A stretch of 59,415 nt of DNA, the filler included, from Sphacelaria rigidula (Eukaryota): the NCBI GenBank assembly GCA_964200075.2. It is 2 parts of 2 records of this genome, joined end to end, with 100 filler letters (N's around TTAATTAATTAA, not from the genome) between each part and the next. Parts side by side here need not be neighbours in the genome. Positions count along the whole stretch, not along the records: positions 29,799 to 59,415 come from CAXNAA020000076.1; 1 more part is not named here. One strand, 5' to 3'. The notes beneath the pieces are model-generated. The model searched no databases and was not told the origin of the DNA. It saw only the letters and a list, made by a program, of their open reading frames with translations. The position numbers were made by a program, and so were the translations under genes. Positions within the stretch are counted from its first letter, which is position 1. Each line of letters opens with the position of its first letter. Below are positions 49,601 to 59,415 of this stretch, piece after piece.

Positions 49601-52600
49601 ACGAAGGAGCTTGTCCAGCTGCACTAGTCGCTTCTTCAGGCCCTCATCCTGGAGGATTTCAAACTGAACGCCGATGACGTACCGGTAGATGTCATCTGCG
49701 TCAAACACGGGCTTCATGGAGAGCAAGTTCTGGAACTTCTCGCCGTTCTTGCGGTAGTTGGTCAGTTTCACGTGACAGTCCTGCCCCTTCGACAGAGTGT
49801 TGCGGATTACAGCGATGGATTCCGGCTCGGTGTCTGGCCCCTGGAGGAATCGGCAGTTTCGACCGACGGCCTCTTCCTTGGTGTAGCCAGTAGTTTTGGT
49901 GAACTCGCTGTTGATGTAGACCATGGGGGCCCCCGGGATAGTCATGTCGGATATGACGATGCAGGCAGGGAAGGACTCGGCTGTGGACACAAACATGTTT
50001 AGCCACTCATCGGCATCCCCTGGTTGCTTGGAATCAGAAGTGTTGATGGCTCCTTCAAGCGCGGCTACCTGCGGTGTCGAGAGTTGACGTAAACGTGCCG
50101 TCACTTTCATTGGGTACCTCGGTGCGGACCACTTTCGATGTGTTGCCTGTTTTGAATTAAGCTCGCGGACATTTTATTTCATGGAACATCCTCCTGGAGG
50201 GTTTCACTTCCCGACGTAGATGGCCAGTTTGCGTGACAGTGCAGTATCTATGCGTTGCCGTGTTAACTGATGTTCTTCTCAGTCTGGTTCAAAGCCCCCG
50301 ATTTCATGGCATTCAAATTTTTATGATGTTTAGATTTGATGGCATCCTGAACATACGCTGACTACCGCGTTTGTTTTTGTCAAAACACAGCGGCCCCCCA
50401 GTTCTTTACCTCGTTGGGATTAGATGATTTCTTGAGGTCATCCATGACAGCATTGCAGAACTTGGATTTAAGGAAACGCGGGAAGGCGTCGAATGCAAGC
50501 ATCCCGAGCGTAGTTTCGGCCTCTTCTTGGACCTTCTGCATAGCCACACCAGGCTCCAGCGATTCGCCCTTTGCGTAGTGGAGTATCAGAGTATATATAT
50601 GGGGAGAGGTATCAGGTAGGCTGCAATTGTCACGTCGGATTGTTGTGGTGTGATGTGCCGGCCGCTTTCAAAACGTTCAAAGTACCCAACAACGCGTTCA
50701 AGCTACTGCGGTAGTCACTCCGCATGTGGCATCGCAAGTTGCATACGGCGTCACAAGTTCACACCCAAATACCTGTTGACGTTGTGAAGTTGCACACACG
50801 ACGCCCCAGTGCCTCCACCTTATACATACTCCATGAGTATTGCAATACGTCGTATGGGGTCTCAGCGTGCGTCGTTTCATTTTTGCGCTATATTCACACG
50901 TGCTGAGACCAGCTACCTCATCCTACACCGTTCGCACCGTCGCCGACATGGTTCATCGGATGCGCGGTACAAGAACGCGTCGATGCTCCTCACAATACTA
51001 ACGACAATGCACAGCAGCGTGGTCAAAAGTAGTAGCGCGATCGATACCTGCGACGCGTTGGCATAGTCCCAAAGCTGCTGCGTGCCTTTCGTACGGTCCT
51101 GCTGTCCAATGCCCGCTCCCTGAGCAGCGACGAACTCTTTGTACACCTGGAAGAGCAACAAGTACGAAATTCGATAAGACCAGTACGTTACACACCCGGA
51201 CGCTCGGGGATCTCACCGAAGGTCATATCTGGATACAAGTTTGGTTTTGGTGGTTTGCGTTTACAACGTTGCAGAACTCCCGCGCCAATCTTTCGCCACC
51301 TGAACAACAGTGTCCTTGAACAGAGTGCACGGATTTGTAACACGTGGCACCTTGTACCCGATGCTAGATTATATTGACTGTTCATACTCTCTGATGCCGC
51401 TAATTCTACTGAACCACAGAAGTTTGAGATGACATTTCAGGGTGCATGGGATGGAATGTGGTCTGGTGAAGAGGAAGATGCACGATGCACATATCTCGAC
51501 AAGGAGGAGTAATATTACCGGTATGCGGCACAGCCGACAACCTTGGAACAACCGCAGCAATATACGGCATCATGGTACGCAGCATTTCAAACCGGCGAAC
51601 ACTGTAGTGCAGCTAAAAATGATGTGGGCTCAATCCTTTTGGAAACCACTGACGATTTTTGTTTATGTGAATCAGCATCATGTTCAGTCATTTTCAAGTC
51701 AAAATGATGCCGATTCACAAAAACAAAAATTGTCAACGCGTTCCCAAAGGATTGAGGTTACTTTGGTGATGGATTACTGGGAGGTGGTTTTTGTTTCCTG
51801 GTTACGTGGTTTGCGTCTCACTTATTGGCTACAACTCAAAAACACATAGTAATGTTTCAAATGTGTTCAGAAGAGAGTGTGGTACTGCATATACTCTAGA
51901 TTTGCGTAGTATTTTCAGTACTCAGTGCCCCAAAGAATCCAGAGTATAGACTGCCGAAAGTACTAAGTAGTCCAGAATATTTCGACAACAGAAATAACGA
52001 GTATTCCAGAACCTGCAGTATCGACTGCCAGAAACACTGGGTTTCGAAGAGTACCTGGAGCACTCGACTGATAAAAACACAGAGTATCCTAGAGGACATG
52101 AAGTATTGACTTTTTATTTATTTATTTATTTATTTGTTATTTGTTTGTCGCACTTTGAACCCCTCCCATTCCTCGGAACGAGTCCGTGGCTTCAAAGGAC
52201 CAGCCCATCTCTCCCAGGTACACGCCTTGCATTTTGGTCTCGCGGATTGGGTCAGAGCTCCCGCACCGCGTCAACCCTAGTCAAAAACACTCAGTCAACA
52301 TTCGTTTTTACTCACGTACTAACGCTTTCGACGATGGAAATCAGATACTTCGAAGAAAAAACCCAACGCATCGGGATTCGAACCCTCGTTCTCTCCACCC
52401 TAATGGTGACAGTCGGACCGTTACACCCCCGGGGCGCGGTGGCCCTGTCACCACAAATATTGAGTATTCCAGATTACCGGGGTTACCGATTCCTCTAGAG
52501 TACTGAGAGCTCTGGAGTACCTGGAGTATCAGCACCTTAAATTACCCATACTCGGACTGCGCACTACTTCAAGCACCTTTGAAATACTTCATGTTTTACG

Positions 52601-55019
52601 AATGATACTTTTAAATTGAGGCGCTTTTCCCACAAGGCTGCGGATTCAGTTTTTGTCCAACAGAGTCATGCTCCGGTAGGGGTTGCACATGTTAGCCTAG
52701 GCCTTTCTCATTCAGGGGCTCCTAAAGTTGAGGGCTACGCAAGAAAATGGATCAGGACAATCCCGTTTCCAAATCCATGCAAGGTATCCCCAGCCCATTG
52801 GAATGCTAATCGTGGAGTGCTCTCACATTTTTCATGAGTCGTTTTTTCGATGAGAAAGAGGACTCCCAACAATCTCGAACGTCGCAAAATATTTGTGCAC
52901 CCCTACCGTGGAACCGCTCAAAAGTAGGATGCATAAACGGTGTGTGCAGTATATATAGTACAACATGTACACAGCCGTCCTGAGCGTGTAAGCGTGGTAT
53001 TGATACAGTACATGGTGGTACGAAGGTTGGCCCTTCACGGTTGCGCTCAAGTATCATATTAAATGCGAGGTGCACGTTGCTCGCGCGTGGTAGAGTGTGG
53101 TATTATGTTTTTCGTAGTTCGTGAAACTCGGTTGTCGACAACGCTTTTCGCAAATATATGCTGAGAATCACGCGCAAAACGTTGTAAGATGCACCTGAAG
53201 GTACCCCTCTGATCACCTGTATGTTGATCGATTGATTCCCAAATTGGTAAACGGTCTACGAGATGCAGCATACCCCTCTCTAGATAATTTCAAGTCCTCG
53301 CTTGTGCAATATTCCAAGTAATCCAAGTATCATCCTTTCGGCCGCATCTTTTAACGTTTTTGTCTGTGCGATCCTTCCTGCCTGTAGCTTGCGGTGGAGA
53401 GCTTCGCGTGCAGTACGGTCGTTGAGTGTAGGCAAAAAAGTGCTTTGTTAGCGAAATCATGGCATGTTAGAAACCGATGGAATAATATGGTATTCAGGGT
53501 CCAATACAGAAAAACACTGGACATCTTGCTGGATCGATTTCGTGGAGCTACCTACTGTGTCAATTAGACGAAAAAGCTAATTACTTTTCGTATTTCAATC
53601 CATGTAGTAGCTGCTAGCTCTATGATATACGACCCAGCAAGATGCCTTACGTCTTTTGTATCGGACTCCAACACCGTGTTCTTCCACCGGTTCCTACCCC
53701 ATGCCATGAGTCGCTCACACAAGAACCTCGTCGCCTACACCGTCCTATGCGTGCGATATATGTGCACGCACTCACACTCAAATGTTCATATCTTGTAGAT
53801 GTAATGGACGCACAGACCGACGGGTTTCCTTGGAATATGACGATGTCAGTTCAGGGCATACTATTTTGTGCGAGCTCTGCTCCCACTTATCTCAATCTAC
53901 GTTCGGTCCACACTGAACCCGCACTAAGTTTACCTTCATCTACTTTTGATGGGTATGTTCTTGTAGTACCGGTATTTGCGACCGCGATCATTCATATGCG
54001 AGCATTGTGCGATCAATTGATAATATCTTCAACCATCTATTTGCTTTGCTGGGAGCTCACTAGTCACTGCTGTGAGCGTGGCTGCGGTCTGGACTCATAC
54101 AGTCGGCGCTTCATGAGTAACTGGACAGTTAGGTGCTGTTGGTTTGCTCAATGTCTATATTTCCCGGATGCCTAGACTCAATTCGGTGAGCGGCGTGTGA
54201 GTAGCTGGACGGTTGTTGCTGTCACTTTGCCAGGGGCCATGGTGTAATCGACACAGTGCACCTCCAATAAAGAGCCTGGCTTGGTGTCGTGTACCTTTGT
54301 CGCCGCCTGCTCTTGCTCCCCTGCAGACAGCGTCTCCAGCTTCATTGCTTCCAGCAAAAAGTCGAGTTGCGCTTCTCCGTATTCTGTAGCGAGGAACTCT
54401 CGAAATTTGACCTGTCACGATTGGAAAGATGATGAGCACTTGAAGGAGCGAATAAGAGCGTGTTCGAGCTGGGACTAAGTATCTACACAATAATAGCCGG
54501 CACTCGCAAAGTAACGACAAGGAAATAAAATCGTGTGAGAATCGGACAGCAGCGAACAGTTACACGCGATCAACACCCGCGTGGTGCGTCCAAAATCACG
54601 AACGTCGGTAGAAGTAGTGAAGCAATTCGCGATTAGGAAGGCACCATATACACCCGAAGACAACGTCCCTCGATTGGTGATAGCCCAAGCCGGCTCTGCG
54701 AGCTGGCAACCCTGCGATAACCCACCTACTTTGTGTGTGTTCTGCTCGGGCTATGGTAAGTGCAGCCTCACCACCCAGGTGCAACGAGATGCTTACCTGA
54801 CTAAATTGTTGCCATTATGCGCACCTGAGCGATTTCATTCTTCAAAATGTTGCGTAGTGATGTTGTGGCATCCTGCATCCATAGAGTTTTGGTAAACTCC
54901 ATCATGGCCGACGCATGCTTTTTACCGAACTTCCGTCCGTACTGATCGCGCCCTTTACCTCCGCCCGTCTGGACATCACCGTCCGGGTGGTGCTTGTTGC
55001 CCTTCTTCTTAGGTGCCAT
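40680..55019 (-). CDS. HELMCHROME: Helmchrome-type RGS/LOV candidate blue-light receptor, 4 RGS-like + 4 LOV/PAS domains, ~1558 aa
   Basis: 22 phase-consistent exons (5'->3'): 55019-54825, 54411-54295, 51146-51048, 50568-50410, 50068-49520, 49205-49107, 48974-48786, 48521-48366, 48219-48094, 47914-47746, 47449-47241, 47078-46968, 46622-46305, 45961-45578, 45317-44644, 44473-44251, 44074-43947, 43731-43584, 42394-42256, 41805-41614, 41400-41249, 40820-40680. Total 4677 nt, from MAPKKKG to ...SWTPA-TAA. RGS signatures: FREFLATEYGEAQLDF, MLAFDAFPRFLKS (x2), FLATDMLPRFLNS, HLRFWVEA. LOV signatures: GRNCRFLQG (x2), GRNSKFLQG, GRNAKFLQG. Confidence 0.9.
41249..42394 (-). CDS. Three exons carrying LOV4 (Cys->Ala)
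   Basis: GLVVSDMFVPGCPIAHLNDGFVAQTG|YGKENIGRNAKFLQG...LQNHKPDGSVYQL...D|GEYKYQIGCQ. Confidence 0.9.
42470..42729 (+). mobile_element. SINE family A, 5'-truncated copy
   Basis: Shares GAGACCAAAATGCAAGGCGTGTAC...GATGGGTTGATCCC...GAGACCACGGACTCGTCCCG with 878-1195; A tail. Confidence 0.7.
42857..43218 (-). mobile_element. tRNA-derived SINE, family B
   Basis: Reverse complement aligns with 56774-57126; head CGCCCCGGTGGCTTAGTTGG...GGATTCAATTCTC. Confidence 0.7.
44644..45317 (-). CDS. Exon carrying LOV3 (Cys-containing)
   Basis: GRNCRFLQG with the Cys codon at 45104-45102; near-identical to LOV1; ends in the polybasic stretch KNKFKKKKKAAG. Confidence 0.95.
46968..47914 (-). CDS. Three exons carrying LOV2 (Cys->Ser)
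   Basis: GMVVADMNVPGCPLAYINEGFKTVTG|YGKENIGRNSKFLQG...LHNHKADGRKFQN...YQ|VGMQ. Confidence 0.9.
49520..50068 (-). CDS. Exon carrying LOV1 (Cys-containing) of the helmchrome-type gene
   Basis: CIVISDMTIPGAPMVYINSEFTKTTGYTKEEAVGRNCRFLQG...LTNYRKNGEKFQN...IGVQ, followed by a Jalpha-like helix. Cys codon at 49855-49853. Confidence 0.95.
52111..52444 (-). mobile_element. tRNA-derived SINE, family A, full-length copy
   Basis: Reverse complement aligns with 878-1195 (GGTTCGAATCCC B box; GAGACCAAAATGCAAGGCGTGTAC core); (AAAT)n tail at 52111-52135. Confidence 0.75.
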
Positions 55020-55787
55020 CGTCAATAGAGGTTTTGGAGATTTGGAAATCGAGGTGCTCCTGTGCGTTATATGATAGCAGATACAGTACTTGAAAAATCG
55101 CGGGTGTTCCTCACGTCAATCGAACAAACAGCCGATGGCCGACAAGATCCAAGCGGTAGTCGGACCTGCTTCTCGACGAGGATGCGGATGTACTCTTATT
55201 TTCGTGTCGGTACAGCAGCTACCGTAACAGCAGCTGTCACTGTCTCTCTCGTGCTCAAATATTTCCTGCTTTAATATGTTGCGCGCGTCAAAAAGCTATT
55301 CTGCCGCTGCCGTTTTTGCACGAATAAGCTCGTCGTGGATGCCAGCGGCGCAATTGGAAGGTACCTCTTCGAACCGACACAATCCCGTGCCGCCTGGTTT
55401 TTTGTATCATGATCACATCAGACCGACTCAGGTCCGTTCGTGTAATCCTCGTTTCCTGTATCTTTTCGGCTGCGGTAGCTCTGTGTCATAATCCGCGATT
55501 CCGGGTGCGTCGGAATGGGGGTTGCGGCGGCAGGTGTCAGAATTACAAAACTGCCCAGCGGGTATCATGGGTATTCCAGGAGTGCGGTCGATAACCATCT
55601 TCGGGTAAGAGCTGTAGAGTGTTGTGCGTTCTATATTTGCAATCTAATCACCCGACCCCTTTGGGGGTAATTCATGAAAGAGTACTGCTACCGCACTGCG
55701 GAATGTGGTGGCAGTACTGCTGTACTGTCCAAGACTGCAGGTGTTGTGATGACTGAAGACGTGATCATGTGATTGATTGTCATGCAG

Positions 55788-56282
55788 GACTATCCTATCA
55801 TTGGGTCTACTTCACCATGTCCGAGCCTTTGTCATCAGGGGGACACCGTGTGTTTCGAGGGCATCAGCAGTATCGAAGGGAGTGGGGCTGGGTGTGATGT
55901 CACCGGCACCAATGAGGCAACGTGAGTTCATGTTCATGTGTTTCGCGGACAGACAGTACGGTGTAAGTATAGTTGTCTGCAGCACAGTATATATACAGTG
56001 TCTCCTATTATAACATCACAAATAGGACTGAAGTACAGTAGTACATGATTGGAAAATGCTCCAGTCCCCCCTGTTGACTAGACGGGCAAGGCACACCACT
56101 CTCGCTGCTGTCCGAACTCCGTGCTTTGCCTGGCGCGTCTTAAACCATCAACAGGAATTTCTCACACCAGGGTAAACTGTGTCATCGACGAGTACCAGGA
56201 GAATCCCGAAGGACTGGCGGAAGGGGACATGATCAAAGTCATCGCAAAGGGGCTCAAGTTTTACAATATAAGAGCTTACAAG
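55788..56282 (+). CDS. Possible 5' exons of a small plastid-targeted protein, weakly similar to ferredoxin-thioredoxin reductase variable chain
   Basis: An open frame with ...LLHHVRAFVIRGTP (signal peptide + AF-like motif) ends at a GTAAGT donor after 55962. It joins in phase to 56082-56282 (...NPEGLAEGDMIKVIAKGLKFYNIRAYK|gtaatt). Start codon and downstream exons not resolved. Confidence 0.3.
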
Positions 56283-56773
56283 GTAATTCGTTGCCGATGA
56301 TATGGAGAAGGTACATCAAGCCTTGGGCGGACTGGGTGTGTCATCTGGGTCTTTCAGTTCGCTTTCGAGCAGGAATGATACCAATTCAACATTTCAACAG
56401 ATGGTGGTGATCAAAGGGGCAATAGCTTGCACAACGCAATAGTAGTAATGTACTACTGCAGTGCTATAGATTACGGTGTATACAGATCCACTGACTACTT
56501 TTTTGGTACCGTACGTTCCAACCGGGTTCCCCTGTTCCCACCCTGCCTACCAACACCTGTTTGCCCCTCACGTGTATGTGACAACTTTTAAAAAGGGGTT
56601 GTAAATGGAATAGAAATGAAGAGGGCTCTCGTCTACAACAGGTATATATATCTTCACGTTTTTCGCCTCTGCACGGTATCAGTAGTATTTTGGATCAAGT
56701 TGCAGAATTTATTCACAGTACAGACAGGTCCACTGACGAACTCGTTCGGTAGCCTTCGTTTGCCCGTTACACA

Positions 56774-57126
56774 GCTCGCCCCGGTGGCTCCGTTGGTAAC
56801 TCAAAACCTTCTGACGGTTGGGCCGTGGGTTCAATTCTCGGAGCGATCTTGGATTTTTTCTCACGCCATGCCCGACAGTGGAGAGCGACTATGTCATGGG
56901 TACACAAATTTCGACTTAACGGTCGACGAGCGAAAGGGACTGCTGAACCCCTCTCGGAATATAAAATTAAGGCAAGCACCGCAGAAGGAAGGAGGGGTGC
57001 TAAAAACAAATAAATAAATAAAAACTCCTGTGTTGACCTCCCTCCTGTGTGACCCCGGCTGAGGCACCCACATGTACCGAAAGGTGTAGACCGGCGTCCA
57101 GAGTGGATGGGACGACAACACACACG
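56774..57126 (+). mobile_element. tRNA-derived SINE, family B
   Basis: A-box-like TGGCTCCGTTGG and B-box GGTTCAATTCTC; second copy at 42857-43218; ends in a CA-rich tail. Confidence 0.7.
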
Positions 57127-57869
57127 CACAGCAAGCGTCGCCTCGGAACAGTTTCACAGGCTGACAATCCGGAGACATCCAGGGGTAGAGCGATGGCGTG
57201 TTGAATGTTTGTTGCCGTTGTATCCAGCGGGAACATACAGTACGCAAACTGACTCTGTACGCTATTGACTGCACAGTCAAAACCGGTCAGGGGTTCTCCA
57301 GGATCTATTCTATGCAGCTGTCGAGCATCCACATGGTCATGAAAAAGGCGTTTTGTCTAGAGAGGAAAGAGCTACTCTGTGCCGCAAATATGACATACAG
57401 GCTGGTTCACGGTGATCACCCAAAATTGTGTCATCAGCAAATGCCGTTCGCAGTACGCACTCAATAGTCGCATACATGGTATCATACTGACCGCCATGGA
57501 CAAGTGAAGAGCGTGACATAGCCGGATTTAAATGTAAGGCCATAGTGGTAGCGCTAAGGGCGAAACGGTACATCAACCAGTCATCGCCCGTCAAATCATT
57601 CCGAGATCGAAATGACGGATTCCCAGCCCGATTTTCACCCAATCTCCACATGTTTCAAATCGTAGTTACCGTCATCGGCTCGGGAATCTAACGAGAACAT
57701 ATTTATTACACGGTTACTACGGAGGTCGAATTATACCCGAAACCGTGATGTTTCGGGGATGTCGGGTGTTCGCGTCCTCTGATTTCCACTAATCATCCGC
57801 ACGAAAGTCCCAGGGAGACAAGTGACGGTGTCCCCTATATCTGTCGTATAAAAGCTCAGATCGCCCTCA

Positions 57870-58860
57870 AACTTGGCACTTCCGTAGGTATCGATGCTCC
57901 AGATGGAAAAAATTGTATTGTTGACAATATTTCATGGTTTTTCCGTCCTCTACCGCCTTCCGGGGGTCTTCATACTGGGACCCCCGGAAGGCGGTACTGA
58001 ATGCCCTAAAACAGAAATAGTAAAATGATGCGTCCCGCGATAGTCCAAGGAACACATGTACAAAGTTTGGTGGAGAAAATCGAAAACCTCATACAGTTTT
58101 TCTTGCCTTGATGTCAAATTCACCCCAAAAGACGTTTTCATACTAAAACAAGTAGTAAGGAGTTGCACGTTTCAAGCCCACGTCCTCTACAAACGCGCAG
58201 ACCTTGACGCCGTGATTAGGAGTTAGATCCTGAACTTTGCACAAATATGCTATGTATCATTACGCAACTTTCTACGGACGATGTTTTTTTACTTGTTGAG
58301 TTTTTCGTCGTTTTTCGGGGGTCCGACGGGATCCAAGTCGTTTTTGAAGTAGTCTCCATTCCGGGGCCCCGGAAAACCGGCACTACGATATACATTTTTT
58401 CATTTTTCGCGCACGAATTGTCGCCGCACAACCCAAGGAAGGACCCCATAAAATTTCGTCGCAAAACTCGATCAGCTGATGCTTGAATTTTCATGTTCAC
58501 GTCAAAGAAGGTAAAAAAAAACGCCGTTTTCGTACAAAAATCAAGTAGTTTGCGGTTTCAGCGCGGTACGCCAAGGTTCATCGCACAAGAGCGAGAAACC
58601 TCACGCCGTTTTTAGGAGTTAGACCCTGAAATTTTGCACAGCTCTTCTATGGGTGATTACGCAACTTTGGAAGAAGGATTTTTTTTCAATCGTTTTACGG
58701 GGGTCCGATTGGATCGATGTTTTCCCGAAAAAATGGGGACCCCCGAAAAACGGTGACAAAAGTCAAGACGTGAAAAAAAATCGGGCTTTGGAAGTTGCGC
58801 AATGACTCATAGAACATATCTGCAAAAATTTAGGGTCTAACTCGTTGAAACGGCGAGAGG
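57870..58860. repeat. Array of related fold-back (palindromic) repeat units
   Basis: TTAGGAGTTAGA(T/C)CCTGAA at 58216 and 58612, with an inverted copy near 58790-58856; central GGGG(G)TC...G(A/C)CCCC stems; perfect 18-bp stem at 57951-57996. Confidence 0.65.
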
Positions 58861-59415
58861 TTTTGCCGATGAGTGTTTTTTGGATGATCACCGTGAACCA
58901 GCTTGTACACAGGTTGGGTCGCGTAAGCTCACTTTTCTTCAGCCCGTTCTAGCTGACGATGTATCGCGAGTTGGGCCTACTATGATATATCGTGATAATC
59001 GGCAAATCAGCGCGCGTCTTCAAATCCATGTAGCACTGCGATCCGACAAGGTCTCATCAAACGAAATAATAAACTGTTGCCAAGTGCAGAAGTGTAAAGA
59101 GTTGAGGGTACTGTACTATGTGCGGCGGAATTAGCCAAAAGAAAACGGCTGACACTTGATTTTCGGTTGAGGCCGCTTCATATAGACTGAAAAAATTCTC
59201 TGATAAAAGTCGTTTTGGTCAGTCTCCAGAGACTTTTTTCAGAACGCGACCTTATAGGACCATTTTTCATTAAAAAAAGTTTCTGGAAACTGGCCACAAT
59301 TTGCAGACAGCGGGATTTTGCCAAATCTCTGCGAAAAGCCATCGATTCGCAGAGACTTTTCTCTGTCTGGGAATTGTCGTTCCATCACACATTCCTCGCA
59401 CACCGCACCCGCAAT

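Overview
Intron-rich, repeat-rich eukaryotic DNA, most likely from a brown alga (stramenopile). It has two large genes. (1) Plus strand 82-29394: 22 GT-AG exons that I spliced by hand into one continuous frame (~1350 codons). They resemble the C-terminal two-thirds of the kinetochore RZZ subunit Rod/KNTC1; the 5' end lies outside the window and the 3' end runs into an artificial contig linker at 29699-29798. (2) Minus strand 55019-40680: a complete 22-exon gene (~1558 aa) with the architecture [RGS-LOV(Cys)-RGS-LOV(no Cys)] x2, i.e. a helmchrome-type candidate blue-light receptor. Its LOV1 and LOV3 are almost identical at the nucleotide level, its LOV2 and LOV4 lack the photoactive cysteine, and it carries polybasic segments. 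Between the genes is a transposon-rich block: a 41-bp tandem array, a probable LTR-element 3' end with a chromo-like/Tudor-like ORF, a decayed pogo/Tigger-type transposase, a TIR element and a 5'-truncated Ty1/copia element. The introns carry two tRNA-derived SINE families, Harbinger-like MITEs and LINE-like 3' ends. A possible small plastid-targeted gene starts head-to-head with the photoreceptor gene. All family assignments come from motif recognition and recalled homologue sequences; no database search was run.
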